Part shown: piece after piece, positions 1 through 14,520 of the stretch | Layout: the number at the start of each line of letters is the position of its first letter | Position numbering within the stretch: position 1 is the first letter of the stretch | NCBI RefSeq assembly: GCF_006345805.1 | Contig: NC_042998.1 | Coordinates: 201,376,001-201,440,000, forward strand | Direction of reading: 5' to 3' | Source of the DNA: Octopus sinensis | Taxonomy: Eukaryota | Length of the DNA: 64,000 nucleotides | The notes under the pieces: generated by a model | Database searches by the model: none | The model's input: only the letters and a program-made list of their open reading frames with translations | Told to the model about the DNA's origin: nothing | Translations under genes and position numbers: made by a program

Positions 1-584
1 TTGTTGGATTTGTCGCAAAAACCTACATAATTACTTATTTTAAAGTCCCATAATTATTCTCTCGGTCCCTTTTATTCTGAACTGCTATGGCTAGGGGAAC
101 GTAAATCAACCAGCATCAGTTGTCAAGTTGTGGACAACTACACAAACACAGAGACGCATACGCAAATATAGACACACGCACATATGTATACACTACCTGA
201 TGTACCCGGTAACTCCCGGAAAAGAGGAGCTTATCCCTTGCTTCCGTTCTCATAGTTGTTTAGCTCATCCATTAACAACAATACAAAGTATGTGTGTGAA
301 GGTGCGTGGCCGATTGCGTAGGGCGTTGCACTCGCAATCGCTTCGCATTATTTTCGTTGTGTTCATAATTCACAGACGTCATTTCCCTATGACGCAATCC
401 ATTTGGTTGTAAATGGCTTATCTTGCAACAGAGAAACTTTCCGATCAGGGACTACTCACCTAGCCATTTGGGTGGCATCGCTCAAAGGTTCAAACGATGC
501 AATGGGCATAGTGACCAGCAGTGCATAACAACCCAGAACCATGGAAGCAAACTTTTTTCAACACATAATCACAACACAAGCATG

Positions 585-636
<52 letters not shown>

Positions 637-637
<1 letters not shown>

Positions 638-815
638 AGTTAATCCAAACAAGAAAGCACAAAAGAACCCAACAACGCGAGGACGTGGAACAATTATAGT
701 ATTATTGGACGCTCAGGAAAGACGGAAAGAAGGAGGGTTTAACGTTTCGAGCGGAGCTCTTCGTCGGAAAAGCAAAGATCCCGAGAAGGGAAGACAGGAA
801 AAAATCGCCAACGGT

Positions 816-820
<5 letters not shown>
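637..820 (-). mobile_element. PLE pseudo-LTR 3' fragment, CCGACGA-type HHR at 737-771
   Basis: Multi-copy family (10890-11090, 26990-27188, 29220-29390, 50657-50850), always in microsatellites. Confidence 0.75.
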
Positions 821-861
<41 letters not shown>

Positions 862-971
862 TTTTTGTGTGTGCTTTTTTTTGTGTGTGTGTGTGTGTGT
901 TATTTAGAGATAGTATTCCCCTTCATCACACCATATAAAAGAATTTTAATTTAATACTTACTACTCATTTA

Positions 972-1072
972 TCAGATACACGTGTTTCTTGAGGTTCTTT
1001 CACAGTTCCTTAAGCACGCTGTGTTTTACAGGAACATTTCTTAAAATGTAACCCCAATCATCAGGCCTCTAC
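972..1072 (-). ncRNA. type-I hammerhead motif, extended helix II, decayed helix I
   Basis: Minus strand: CTGATGA-ttggggtt...aacctcaa-GAAAC-ACGT-GTA; helix I only partly paired. Confidence 0.65.
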
Positions 1073-1139
1073 ATCACTTTATCATAGTTCGATACTAAAA
1101 ACTATATTTAAATTTTAACAGATAAGTATGTGTATGTGT

Positions 1140-2640
1140 AAATAGATAAGAATGTGTATGGGATTAAATATCTCATAATTCTTTATCGTTTGGTATGAGG
1201 CGATTGATAGATTATTGAATTTAAATCACTACTAAACAGTTTAAATCCAAATATTCATTCTACATTGTAGGATAGTAAAGAAGAACTCCCATTCCTTGAT
1301 TTTCTAATAAGAAATGTCAAACTAATTGAAACTGATATTTGTCAGAAACCGACGGACTGGAAGCATATCTTCTGATTACTTCATGCAAACCAAAACATAT
1401 CAAACGAAATATTCCTTTTAATTTAGCGAAACGGATTTGCACAATAATGTCTGATGTTAATTCTCGGTAACTTCGACTTCAAGAACCTAGATCAACACCT
1501 GACAAGAGATATATCTACCCTCACCTATAGATCATAGAAGTAAACGTTCCAAGAAATAGACATTAAAACACCAAGGGAAACAAAACGAAATATCTCACCT
1601 CATCTAAAACTACAACCCTCTCCATCAGCCAACGAATGTAGAAACAATGAAGTATTCAAGACCATTAATCAATATCTACCGATGCTCAATACGTATCCAA
1701 AGATGAACCACATCCTACAAACACATAAATTCATCAAGTGTAAAAATCATCCCAAATCACTGAAATTACTATTGACATATGCGAAGCTATACCCAAAACA
1801 ATGAAACCAATATACAAAAAATGAGGACGACGAAATTATGGAACATGTCCCAACTATTGGAAGGTTTGGAATTCCATTTTAAACAAGGAGAGAGATTCAC
1901 ACGGAAAACCAATTTCAGGTGTGCACCTGAAAATTTATTTTATGTGACAACTAGTTCAGGTTATGAACAAAACTCTATAGGCGAAACAAGAATTTCACTT
2001 AAACGGAGAACTACACTGCATAAGAAATAAATACGATTTCCAAGTCCAAGATTTAAATAGATACCATTTAATCACTACTTAGAGAGCTGTGTAGGGAATC
2101 CCCAACCATGCTTCACAGTTTCCTCCATCTACCAGGAAGAAATGCTATACAAGAATGATTAAATAAAGAAAACATATTTATTGAAAAATACAAACCTTGC
2201 CTGAATATGAACGCATATTTATCATAAATATGGTTTTTGTAAATATTGTAATTCATGAACGCATATCCGACATTGTAATTATTTGATCTTACTACTTTAA
2301 CTCATGAGATTATATAAATTTACCCTCCCGCAAAAAGTGCACCCTTCAAAACGTGCCCTCCTACAAAAAAAGTGCAATTGCCTCCCTTGTCTCGAATAAT
2401 AACAATCACCAATTACCTCCCCCCCCCTTTATGTTTGTCTCTATTTGGTTATTCGTTTACAAAAAAACTCTCATACAAGCAGCATGAACTAAGAACGTCT
2501 TAAGAAAATACGAAATCGCAATAGCTTCACCAATAGCGAAGTGCAAAACCGGTCGACTATATTAATATTCTATCATTTAAACCATATTAAAGAAATATAA
2601 AATGAATTTTCCTGCTTTTATTTTTATTATTTGTCTACAA
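1140..2640 (+). mobile_element. degenerate 5'-truncated PLE (RT C-terminus + GIY-YIG + pseudo-LTR)
   Basis: Translates (with stops and frameshifts) to LNPNIHST..EELPFLD..IETDICQKPTD..KHIKRNIPFNLAKRICTI and NLFYVTTSSGYEQNSIGET..LKRRTTLH; decayed HHR-like AAAACCGGTC near 2545-2554. Confidence 0.85.
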
Positions 2641-5600
2641 CTCACCACGTGGCGAAATTCTCTTCAACGATGCTACATGCAATACACACGCACACAGAAA
2701 CACGCACACACACACAGACACAGAGACGCAAGCACACGCACATACGGAATTATGCACACGCACACACCCACGCGCGAAAACATTAAGGCATCTTTAGAGA
2801 TTTAAGAAATTCAGATGAGTACTCAAGTCAGCACTGCATGCAATACAATAATTCTTTGACCTGAAAATTAGGAGAATGTGTTAATAAAAATAACATTATT
2901 CACTACAAACAGTAAGTTTAGGTAAGGATAAGATTATGAGCGCAAGTCACTAGTAGCCAGGTAGAAAATTAAAAACTGGAATGAATCTGGCAGCATTATA
3001 CTTTTTTATAATAAGGCCGCGAAATGCTTAGTGGCATTTCGGTCGTTTTTGCGTTTCATGTTCAAATTCCACCCATGTCGAATTTGCCTTCCATCTATTT
3101 CGCGGCCAAGAAAATAGTACCGTCTGGACACTGGAGTCGATGTAATCGACTAACCCTCCTCCTAAACTGCTGGCTTTGTGCCAAAATTTGAAATCATTAT
3201 ATTTTTGATAAGTGTAGTAATTAACAATAACAAAAATGTATTTAGTAATAGTAATAGAGGACGAATTTTTAATTATTTGGAAAACCATTCCGCTACTAAA
3301 TCATCTGTGAATCTTGTATAGATATCTGTTGCATAATGTGCTATGCAATGTTTGTGAGTTTTTCATTGTAGTTGTAATTGTTTCAAATTTTTGCACAAGG
3401 CCAGCAATTTCGGGAAGATAGTAAGTTGATTACATCGACCCCAGTACTCCACTGCTACTTATGTTATCAACCCCGAAATGACGAAAAACGAAGTCAGCCT
3501 AGACTTGAATTGAGAACGTAAAGACGAACGGAATGCTGCTAAGCACTTTGCCGCCCGTGGTAACGATTCTGCTTGCTCGCCGCCGTAATAATAGTAATTA
3601 TATCGATACTGTTATTAATGACACTTCTTGTAATGTCCCTCATAGCACTTGTAACTTACAGATCCGGCAAAATGCCATCTAAACAACCAATGTTTTAAAT
3701 GCAATGTAGCAAACAAATGATCAGTTACGGCAGCACATAAAGCACACTACTATATCTGTTTATACGAATTAAAATTTAGATTGCCGTTTCACATATGATC
3801 ATTGAAGAATGAAAGAAATGATTTGAAACCTTAAAACGAAGAATATTATTTAGTCAACCGTAGTAAATGAAGCATCTTGCAATTCCATATAGAATGTGTA
3901 GGATACATGTAACCGGCAGGTTGTTAATTTTTGAATCTAATTAACCATGTTGTTATCGGGAATTCAGTAATAGATTCTTAAAATTTATCATTATCAGACA
4001 TAGCGAAATAAATAATTTTTAGGATGTCAACCTTAGTTTAATCATTGGGGTATCAATATTTGGTGCTCCAAATTAGGCAACTTCTTACTTAAAAAACTTC
4101 TTAAGTACGTAATGAACGTATTTATATAGATCAAGTGAAAAATCATCTTAATTTGATTAACAATATTCCTATTTGTTTCAAATTTTTGCATATGGCCAGC
4201 AAGTTCGGGCGAGCGGGTAAGTCGCTTACATCGATCCCAGGGCTCAACTGTACGTATTTTATTGATTCCGAAAGAATGAAAGGTGAAGTTAAACTCGGCG
4301 CAATTTGAACTCAAAACGTGAAGACGGACGAAATGCTGCTAAGCCCGGTGTGCTAACGATCCTTCCAGCTCGCTGTCGTACTGTAAATATATATATTAAA
4401 CTCACAAAGGGTATACTGCACCATCATTTCAACTCCCTTTTCTTACCTTTACTCTTTAGTTTTCATTTATCTTGCCATAATTTCTTTACACATTTTACCT
4501 TCATAATAGAATTAGCATTATAAGACTATATATTAGAAAACATTCACTTCTTTGAATATTCTCGCTTCTGTTCCTAACTTCATATTCATATTCATCTACA
4601 TTTAGTATGTATACAATATATTAGGCTATTATTGACCTGCCAATATTCATGACCTCACCTGTTTACAACTGTCTAAACGTTAAAGAATGAACACGACAAC
4701 CTCTGTGTCTATAGTATATTTCTAATAAAGTGACAATCTGATGTTTATGAATTTTCACTCCAATAATTTTCGCTCAAAATGTTTGTAACTAATATGATTA
4801 AAAGTGGAAGAGCTATTTGATATCTAATGGGTTTACATAATTTTCATATATATATAAACCATCATCATTGATGAAAAAGAAATAGTGGGGATAGAAACGA
4901 TCGCCACTGATTAAAGAATTTACGACCGTATGTATGTATGTATGTTTATGTATGTGTGTATATTCATATATGTATATATGTAAATATATATGCATAAATA
5001 GACATGTGTATGTGCGTGTGTGTGTGTGTGAGTGAGTGTGTGCGCTTATTATCTGCATATAATCCAATAATCATGATTTTTGAAGCTTGATTTTACGTAA
5101 ATGAATACGTCTAAAGATTTTAATCAATGAACTGAGAAATATAATTGCAATTAAACTTCGCAGCAGCAGCAGAGGTGAGATAGAACATCAATAGATTGTT
5201 TTATTCCTATTAACCTTTATTCGTTGCAACGTATCCATCATTCTAATCTCTACGGGATATTAATTTCATATTCAATATTATATGTTTGAAATTAAGCAGA
5301 AAAATGTCATATTCTTATCAGCTGACATGAATGTAATAACTCTTCATAGAAAACTTCGTTTTATTTACATTCTATTAAGACACAACCTCGTATATCTGCT
5401 CAAATAATGATTACTACCAGTTGCACAATATTGATTCTTTCCATAATTAAAGGGTGACAAATTCGTTACAAAGTATGTAAGGTATTATCTAAAATTTAGA
5501 CATATTCGTATGTATATTTAAGTCTGTATACGTATATTCACATGTGTATTCATGCGTGTGTGCGCGTGGATTTATGTATGCGTGTGTGTGAACATGAATT

Positions 5601-5812
5601 TTATTAGGGCGATTAAAATTGCATGTCGTATGTCAGCTGTGAAACTAAGTTTGATTTTACTGGTTTCCATTGTTAGAAATATCACAGATTACAGAAAGAT
5701 AACGGACGAAATTTGGGGAGTGGTTTCGCAATTTTACTTCATTATGCCCTCTTTTAATTCTATAACTGTAATTGTCAAATAGTGTAATCCATACCAGTAA
5801 TTTTTTTTATAG

Positions 5813-5840
5813 GTTTAAGACAACGCGCTTTACAATGAAG
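5813..5840 (+). other. candidate 28-nt spliceosomal exon ending ATG AAG
   Basis: ttttttttatAG acceptor and AAG|GTAAGT consensus donor. Confidence 0.3.
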
Positions 5841-7252
5841 GTAAGTAAACACCTTCTTTCTGCATATCATTCAACTACAGTAGTGGTTGAATAATATCTT
5901 TAAGGCCGCCATTTACTCACACGCAACATATTTCAGAGCTTGTCGCTAATTCAGTTCTTAACCAAATTAAAAACCGTTAACAATTTTGAAGAGGACTGGT
6001 CCCTAGATTTATTTTAGCATAAACGAATTTGGATTTGGTCCAGTAGAAAATAGCTTACGTCAAAATTTGTCGCAACGTTATAGTAGAGTACGTAACACCA
6101 CCAATCAATTTTAGATCTAAATATCTTTTTTTTATTATTTTAGAAGCAAAACATTTTTATCTTAGCTTCAATGATAGAAGAAAGCATGAACACTTCATAG
6201 ATTTGGTCCCATGCAACAAGAATTTCTATCATGAAAAATATATAAGTAAGGCAAAAAATTGGATTTAAGTATAATTAACTTATTTTTTTTTATTTTAAAA
6301 CAAACTATATTTTAATTAAGCTTCAAGGATAGAACTCAATGCAAGGAATTTCATGGTATCAGTCTCATGCAATGGAATTTTACAAGAAAGAAGCTGTGCG
6401 TGTTTGTTTCTCGAATTTGAGGATGATATACATCTTTTCTATACATTTTTATGATATACATACGTTCTATACATTTTTATGAATATAAGTGTATAAGGGC
6501 AATATGAATATATGTCATCGGCAGCATTGATGTAAGAAAAACAAATTATCAACGGCATCAGTAAATTGACGCATTTCACACATAATTAATTACCATAATA
6601 GCATAGCCTTAAAAAAAAAGAACGTTGATTACATGGGAAAATGCGAGCGAGGAAATAATATTCTTAAGATTATAAATTTCGAAAAGTTCAGGACAACTTA
6701 TTACATCTGGTAAAGTACAGGACAAGAAAAGTTTTAACTTAAAATATGCAGCTAATGATAAAATTTGAATATTAAAAATTATTTGATTTTAGTTTAAAAG
6801 TAAGATTAATTTTAAAAGGTACCATTTTTTTGTTAAAATATTAACACACTAGAACACTTGAAAAAAGAGAGCCAGAAGTACCAATATAGCTCAAGCTTTA
6901 TGCAAAATAGAATAGTATATTTGGTGACAAATTCTTTATGTAAAAAGTAGGCATTGGGGCAATACTAAAATTGTGAACACTTGGCAATAACTTAGTCAAG
7001 AACTCAAGCAAATCTTACTGTGAATTTGTCGATAGTTGTAGATTTTACTGTAATATATAACTAATTATTGTTTTATCCCATTTATTATACTTATTTATAA
7101 TCTACTTTCAAATTTCTACTTATTAATTATTAATGAAGAACACGGTATTTTTAAAGTGCAAGCGATGTTTTAATTTAGCCTGTTTTTAATTTAATAGAAA
7201 TAACAAGTAATAAAGGTTTCTTTTTTTGATAAAAGCTAATATTTTCTATACG

Positions 7253-7486
7253 CTTTTCTCTTTTACCCTTTCACTTGTTTCAGTCATTTTTACTGCGGCC
7301 ATGCTGGAGCACCGCCACTAGTCGAGCACATTTACCCCAGGAGTTATTCTTTGTAAGCCTAGTACTTATTCTATCGTTATCTTTTGCCGAACCGCTACGT
7401 TACAGGGACGCAAACACAAAAGCATCGGTTGTGAAGCGATGTTCGAGACACACACACACAGATGCATGTATATATATATATATATA

Positions 7487-7526
<40 letters not shown>

Positions 7527-7674
7527 GACGAGCCTCTTTCCGGTTCCGTCTAGAATATCCACTCACAAAGCTTTGCTCGGCCCGAGGCTTTAGTAGAAGA
7601 CACTTGCCCAAGGTGCCACGCAGTGGGACTCAACCAGGAACCATGTGGGATGTAAGCAAGCTACGCCTGCGCCT
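7253..7674 (-). mobile_element. SINE family A, diverged
   Basis: Aligns to 18588-19037. Confidence 0.88.
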
Positions 7675-8273
7675 ATATGCAATATTTTAAGTAAACATTT
7701 TCTTGTTCTGTACTTCACCAGATGTAATGAGTTGACTTGAACTTTTCCAAATGTAATAACATGTCCTGTACTTTTCCTAGTTTATCATTTTTAGAAGATT
7801 ATTTTTCTTGCGCGCATTTTGCATGCAATATATATTCATGGACAGAGAAAGAAAGAATGATTTTAGAGACTCACCTAAACATATCCAGAACCACTTATAT
7901 TAAGGGACTGCGTAACATTTGCATATTTTAACGCATCCTTGTCAACTATGTCGATTTACATATTATAACACATTATTGGTATCTTAGTAACTGCCTCAAT
8001 TCCTGGAAGCATTAAAAGTTTCAACACTTTTCTATACAACGGTGTGTATACATTTATAGTAATAAATTATCTTTCATGTGTGAATCAATGCCCCAATTAC
8101 GAAAGTTTTCACACTGAATATTTTCTATATCTTTATGAAATTTCCTGCAAGATAACAACGAATTACCGAACCATAAAATCTCATTTCAGTTCTTCAATAT
8201 GAATATATCGATTCACACTAACAAATTGATGCCAAATATTTCTACTAGGACCTTTACAGATAAATGACTAGAC

Positions 8274-8766
8274 CAGTGATTCCCAACCGATTTTTGGCCA
8301 TGACCCTCCGAATCATTTCTAAAATCCTGATGCCCTTTGTGATATTTAAACCAAAATTTGGTTAATGTTCACAATATTACCCGGAAACAATTAAAAAAAA
8401 TAGTGCAACGGACGTAAGAGTATGTGTAGGAAACACACACACGTGCGCGCGTTTGTAGTTACGTACATCGAAGGAAATAATCATTTTCCCACTTTAGTGA
8501 CATCAGATCTTGTGAATATGATAAAACCACCTGTTGTCACTAAAGTGTTCAAAATTTGATAAATTGTCCACAGAAGGGATGTAGAGTTTTTTATTAGTAA
8601 TTTATTCTCGAATTGTCCCCCTTTCTCTTATTGGTATACTAAACGTTGTGTAAAAAGGCATAAATTCAACATAACCCTACGCATCCTCACCAAAATATTA
8701 CCATGCTCCACCAAAATATTACCATGTTCCACCGGTGGGGCATGCACCTCACGTTGGGAATCAAGA
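8274..8766. mobile_element. hAT (Charlie/Buster-like) MITE
   Basis: TIR cagtgattcccaac / gttgggaatca(aga); 8-bp TSD gactagac (8266-8273) / gactagaa (8767-8774). Confidence 0.8.
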
Positions 8767-9353
8767 GACTAGAAATTTGATTAATGAAAGATGGCTGATT
8801 TTTCTACCAGATTAATACACACCTGCGAAATTTGAATCGCGTATACTGTTTACTTATAAATATAAATTAGAAGAGCTATAATTTTTTGCTTCATCTGCTA
8901 GAAGCAACCAAATCACCAAGATAAATTATCCTTTCCCTATAAACCGCCATTTACCACTTTTATTTCTAAAGTAATTAACGTGTGCCACAAAATATATATT
9001 AGAGCAACTATTGGATTCCTCGTAAATGTCTTGCTAAATAGCGTTGAGTTCGAATAATTTTTCGCATATCAATAAAAGCTATTAGGATGGTACCAAAAGA
9101 CTGACGATGGAAACTTCTAAAAAGCCGCTTAACTTACTGGAGATGACCCCCTATATTTCGCCATTTAATTTATTATCTTTATATGTGGATTTCTCATAAA
9201 ATAAACTGACCCCAAAATTATACATGTTTTATAGGATGAGCTAGGCTGAGTCACTGGCCATGAATGCAAACTTAGGGGTTAAAAACAGAACGAATATATA
9301 GATAAGATAGTAAAAGAACATTTTACATCACAAGCAATTGAACGTTAAAATTA

Positions 9354-9571
9354 CGAGGGAAGATGAAAGGTTCTTGGCTTTAAAGTTTTAAGGAAAGGTC
9401 TGGTTGGAGGCCAAACATTCCAATTAATTTTATAGCAACTTGAAAAAAATGAAGGACCGCGGCAATAAGTGTGTGAATTTGAGAAGGGAATATGCTGAAT
9501 AAAATCATAATTACCAGATCCTCATGTATTTTCCTCTTACTCAAAGCCAGGAATTTTTCAGCACTCCATCG
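9354..9571 (+). mobile_element. Tc1/mariner-derived MITE
   Basis: TA flanks; imperfect ~27-bp TIRs; internal NKCVNLRREYAE* resembles a mariner transposase C-terminus. Confidence 0.75.
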
Positions 9572-9602
9572 TAAAGGGTCTTCTACATGAAACGGGTTTA
9601 TA

Positions 9603-9831
9603 GGCGGCGAGGTGGCAGAACCGTTAGCACCCCGGGCGAAATGAGTAGCCGTATTTTCGTCTGCCGTTACGTTCTGAGTTCGAATTCCGCCGAGGTCGAC
9701 TTTGCCTTTCATCTTTCGGGGTCGATAAATTAAATACCAGTTACGCACTGGGTTCAATGTAATCGACTAAATTCGTTTGTCTGTCCTTGTTTCTCACCTC
9801 TATATTTAGCCCCTTGTGGGTAATAAAGAAA
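9603..9831 (+). mobile_element. tRNA-derived SINE family B (Deu/Nin-like central domain), monomer
   Basis: TGGCAGAA..GAGTTCGAATTC boxes; gcctttcatc..ggtcgataaa..tacc core. Decayed or partial copies at 3015-3200, 3385-3586, 4175-4378, 28770-28902, 37203-37365 and 39005-39115. Confidence 0.88.
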
Positions 9832-10257
9832 CATATATTTGTTATAATTCAATGTTATTTACTTATTCAAACATCAAAGCATAAAAAATTAAGTTGTCCA
9901 ACTCTGTCACTGATATGAAATTTTGTTGAATGGGTGATTAACCCTTACCCTAATATAGTATACTTTTTTCGAGATCATAAAAATATTTAGTCACTACCGT
10001 ACACTATGCTGCTTCACTCCATATCGATTTTATCAATCCATCATCCCTTAAATAACTACTGGGGGCTAATTTGGCAGATTGTACATTTCACTCAATTATA
10101 AACCAATATTTGTGCCTAGAAGCACAAAATCGACAAGTTATTGTATTTATTCACTCACGGACTGGGATAGATATTTATCAATAACTACATGTAACAGTAT
10201 AAGACGTTCCATTACAACTGTTGTTTGAAATTCAATTACGTTTTGTTACTTCTATAG

Positions 10258-10391
10258 ATAGAAACTATTGATGTTGATACATCATTTCTAATGAATCATC
10301 AGCTGTCAATTTTCTGTTTGTGTTTGGCAATCGAGGTACGATATATAGAACAATACATGCATAGCTTTGGCAAATACAATATCCCTGGGAG
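10258..10391 (+). other. candidate 134-nt coding exon
   Basis: ttttgttacttctatAG acceptor, AG|GTGAGT donor, open in phase 0 (IETIDVDTSFLMNHQLSIFCLCLAIEVRYIEQYMHSFGKYNIPG); protein not recognised. Confidence 0.25.
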
Positions 10392-10452
10392 GTGAGTAAA
10401 GTTATAACTGAAGAGTAGAAAAGTAAAGACGGCTTAAGTGGATAATATTAAT

Positions 10453-10504
<52 letters not shown>

Positions 10505-10620
10505 CATCATACATACATACATACCTACATATATATATATATATATATAATTTAAAAATTGAGGGAGATAAATCAATATTAATTTTAATATCAATTTAAA
10601 ACCAGTAGTCCAATATATAT

Positions 10621-10666
<46 letters not shown>

Positions 10667-10699
10667 GTGTGTGTGTGTGTGTGTGTGGTGTGTGTGTGT

Positions 10700-10848
10700 A
10701 TGTGTATTCTCTTTCCTTTTATTCCGCCATGTTCCTTTCTGTTGAAGAGCGTAGGTCCGAAACGTAAAATACTTTTTCGCCTTCTCGAGTGTCTCATACA
10801 CTGGCTTGTTGTTCATACATCTGTCTTCGTCTTTGGTTTTCTGAAAAG

Positions 10849-10850
<2 letters not shown>
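10700..10850 (+). mobile_element. PLE pseudo-LTR 3' fragment, CUGUUGA-type HHR at 10736-10769
   Basis: Similar to 55980-56120; embedded in microsatellites. Confidence 0.7.
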
Positions 10851-10881
<31 letters not shown>

Positions 10882-10889
10882 TTTCAACA

Positions 10890-11081
10890 TATGACCGCGT
10901 GTGTATCGTTGGGGATTTTCTTTCTCCGACTTCCCTTCCTTGGACCTTTCGTTTTTACATGTTTCTAACGAAGAGCACCGCTTGAAAGTAAAATCCTCCT
11001 TCTTTCTTTCTTTTCCTAAGCATCCAATAATACTATACTTGTTCCACGTCCTCGCGTTCTGTTTTCTTATTCTTCATGTTT

Positions 11082-11090
<9 letters not shown>
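10890..11090 (+). mobile_element. PLE pseudo-LTR 3' fragment, CCGACGA family (decayed)
   Basis: Aligns to 26990-27188. Confidence 0.7.
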
Positions 11091-11118
<28 letters not shown>

Positions 11119-11169
11119 GCATACATACACGCTCACTCACACACGCATGCACACACATAAATATACAAA

Positions 11170-12290
11170 GAAGAAAAGTAAATGGAGATTATCAAATTAA
11201 TAATAGTTTATAATAACTATTAACTTCCTAATCCCCATTTTCTTTTCTTCTTTTCAATGGATACAGACTTTATGATTTATATATACCTATTGTTTTAAGG
11301 GAATTTCATTCCCCCCAAAATACTAGGTATTCTACCAGTATTTCCTCTTCACGAGGCTAACATGTTTTCTAATTAAACTGATACATCCATGTGTATAATG
11401 CTGAAAATTCCCTCAACTTCGCCCCTGGGGTGTGAGTAGAAATGTACTCCTTTTATTTTTTCCGTATAGTTTAACTGTATCTATACCCAACCCCTTTGAA
11501 AATTAATCAATCTACCTCTAATTTTACCCTACTCATACTTGTCTATTCAATTCTATACTCCTCTCTTTACTGTAGCATCCCACCTCCAATACCAGCTGAA
11601 TTTCTTTGTCCCACTAACAACGTATTTTGACCACCTTCTCACCCCACACAACTACTGAACCAGTCAACTCATTTCTCCCAAATAATAACAATCCCTTTTC
11701 ACTATCTCGACCTTTAACTCCATAGCCTTCATACCAGCTAATACAAAGGTCATTATTCACATACTACCTAAACCACCCTTCCATCTTCCACATCTACTAC
11801 TATTACTAGCCTCATAATAAACCCTAAACCCGAAATCTATTTCCTCCTCCCGCTACTCTCTATCTAAACACCCCAACTCCTCTTCCTAATACACTTAGTT
11901 CTTCACAAAATCATTCCATCTTTAAACTCCATTCTGTCAATATCTCAAATGTAAAATACTTCCCTAAAGACGGTGGGTGGTAGTATCCGATGATGGAATC
12001 AAGTTGCAGTCGGAATTGTGGACCATCAAAGCTCCGGAAACAGCAGTAGGGCTCGTTAAACTCTTACTCAACACATTTCATTACTGATATCATTTATATT
12101 CTGTATAAGTCGGACTCCTTTTATACGCATACACATGTAGATTTTTTTTTGTATTAATTGTATTTAATATCTTTTGTATATCGACTTGCCTAATATGCTT
12201 ATCCTTACATTTACTCCTCTAAATGCTCTAGTTCAAATCTCTTGAGCACTACGAAGTGTATTCTATACAGAGAATGCCTATCTCTGATCT
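11170..12290 (+). mobile_element. decayed PLE 3' remnant with 5' fold-back and degenerate HHR (11961-12051)
   Basis: Inverted repeat 11170-11250; YIHVYNAENSLNFAPG resembles a GIY-YIG C-terminus; tcc-CTAAAGA-cgg...ccg-GAAAC-AGCA-GTA-ggg; ends at microsatellite. Confidence 0.5.
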
Positions 12291-13248
12291 ATGTATGTAT
12301 GTAGGTATATATATAATATATATATATATTATATATATTATATATATATATATATTATGTAAATATATATATATATACATACATACATACATATATATAT
12401 ATATATAGATATATATATATATATATATATATTAATATGTATATATGTATGTATATATATACTATATCTATAAAATATATACTATATATATATTATCCCA
12501 TTATATAACATATTTTATATAAATATTTGTATGTATGTATATATATATATATATGTGTGTTGTTTATAGATAGATAGATATAGATATGTATGTATGAATA
12601 TATATATATATATATATATATAAGTAGCGAAGATGGAGAATTGACGGATGGATAGGTAGAGAGAAACAGACTGGAATATGTATCTACAAAGACAAAGTTA
12701 ATCCAAAGCATTAAATTAATTATATTCAGTTTTGTTTGCGACTGATAGAATAAACTGATATGAATCCGGATTTTATAATAAAACGAAAGGCATCAATTAA
12801 ATAAAGCAATAAATGTCATTTTCAGTAAATCACACTCGAACATGAAATGCTGTTTCTAGTATAAACATATTAGTTTACCGACATATTTGTCTACGAGAAA
12901 GTTTTTTAAAATTGTATCACTATGCATTAAAGAAATATTACATTAATATGGACAGTAAATATATTCTGTTTGCATACTGTATTCTTAATTTCTCTTTATA
13001 TATTTCGAAATATATAAGAGAAGTAACTTCTCGCAGAAGTATATCAAGCTAAAATATACACCAAGGTTTACGTTATAGATCAATATATCATACGCAAAAA
13101 TGGGAATACATGATTACATATATGCACTCCGGCAAAGATACGCAACACATCTACCGGGACACATATACATGCTAATCACACATACACAAACAATTGCGTA
13201 TATATATATATATATATCTGTGTGTGTACTGTATATGAACATACATAT

Positions 13249-13665
13249 ATTTCTTTAATGCCCACCAGGGGCTAAACATAGAGGGGACGAACAAAGACAG
13301 GCAAAGGGATTAAGTCGATTACATCGACTCCAGTGCGAAACTGGTACTTTATTTATCGACCCTGAAAGTATGAAAGGCAAAGTCGACCTTGGTGGAATTT
13401 GAACTGGGAGCGTAACGACAGAGGAAAGACCTATTTCTTTATTACCCACAAGGGGCTAAACACAGAGGGGACAAACAAGGACAGACATAGGTAGTAAGTC
13501 GATTACATCGACTCCAGTGCGTAACTGGTACTTAATTTATAGACCCTGAATGGATGAAAGGCAACGTCGACCTCGGTGGAATTTGAACTCACAACGTAAC
13601 GACGGAGGAAATACCGCTAAGCATTTCGCCCGGCGCGCTAACTTTTCTGCCAGGTCGCCGACTAT
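13249..13665 (-). mobile_element. SINE family B tandem dimer
   Basis: Full unit plus head-truncated unit; TSD tatatgaa(c/t)atacatat at 13232-13248 and 13666-13682. Confidence 0.88.
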
Positions 13666-14139
13666 TATATGAATATACATATTTATAGACAAACAGGCAG
13701 ATAGACAGATAGATAGATAGAGGGAGAGAGAGGGATACATATATATATATAGGCATAATTATATAGAAAAATATGTGTCTAGGTTTGGGTTTGGATTTGT
13801 ACCCGGAAATATACAAGCGTGTAAGCATGAAGTAATAACAGACACTCACATTCGGTCACAACTGCGCAAATGTAAAATTAGTTTTGACATTGAAGTAATA
13901 TTCCTGTCCGCCATCACTATAATAAATTCAGAATAAACTTGAATATAATATACCCTATTACACACTTGTTAATCATTATTATGTACGTCATTTTCATCTT
14001 CATTACCATCTTCGTCGACAGGAGTCACCAGCATAGTACCCCTTATAAAAGTCATCATCATCATCATGCTCTTCTATCAACCCCATCACCATATACGTTA
14101 CCTATTTTTCGTATGTTGATCAACATATATACAAATATC

Positions 14140-14159
14140 CATACACACACAGATACACG

Positions 14160-14234
<75 letters not shown>

Positions 14235-14291
14235 CAGACAGACATATACAGAATATACATAAATATATATATAAATATGCATATATATACA

Positions 14292-14329
<38 letters not shown>

Positions 14330-14378
14330 TATATATATATATACATATATATATATATACATATATACTATATATACA

Positions 14379-14413
<35 letters not shown>

Positions 14414-14520
14414 TAACATATATATATGCATATGTGTGCGTGTGTGTGTGTGGTGTGTGTGTGTGTGTGGTGTGTGTGTGTGAGTGTGTGTGTGTGTGTG
14501 GTGTGTGTGTGTGTGTGTGG
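14140..14520. repeat. compound (CA)n/(TA)n/(TG)n microsatellite
   Basis: Visible directly. Confidence 0.95.

Noticed and set aside
6120-6485. Degenerate ~160-bp and 29-bp tandem duplications
   Set aside because: Ordinary local duplications with no further structure seen.
9100-9116. CTGACGA-tg-GAAAC hammerhead-like string (also CTGATGA at 18542)
   Set aside because: No helix I or II pairing; the 18542 match is LINE coding sequence.
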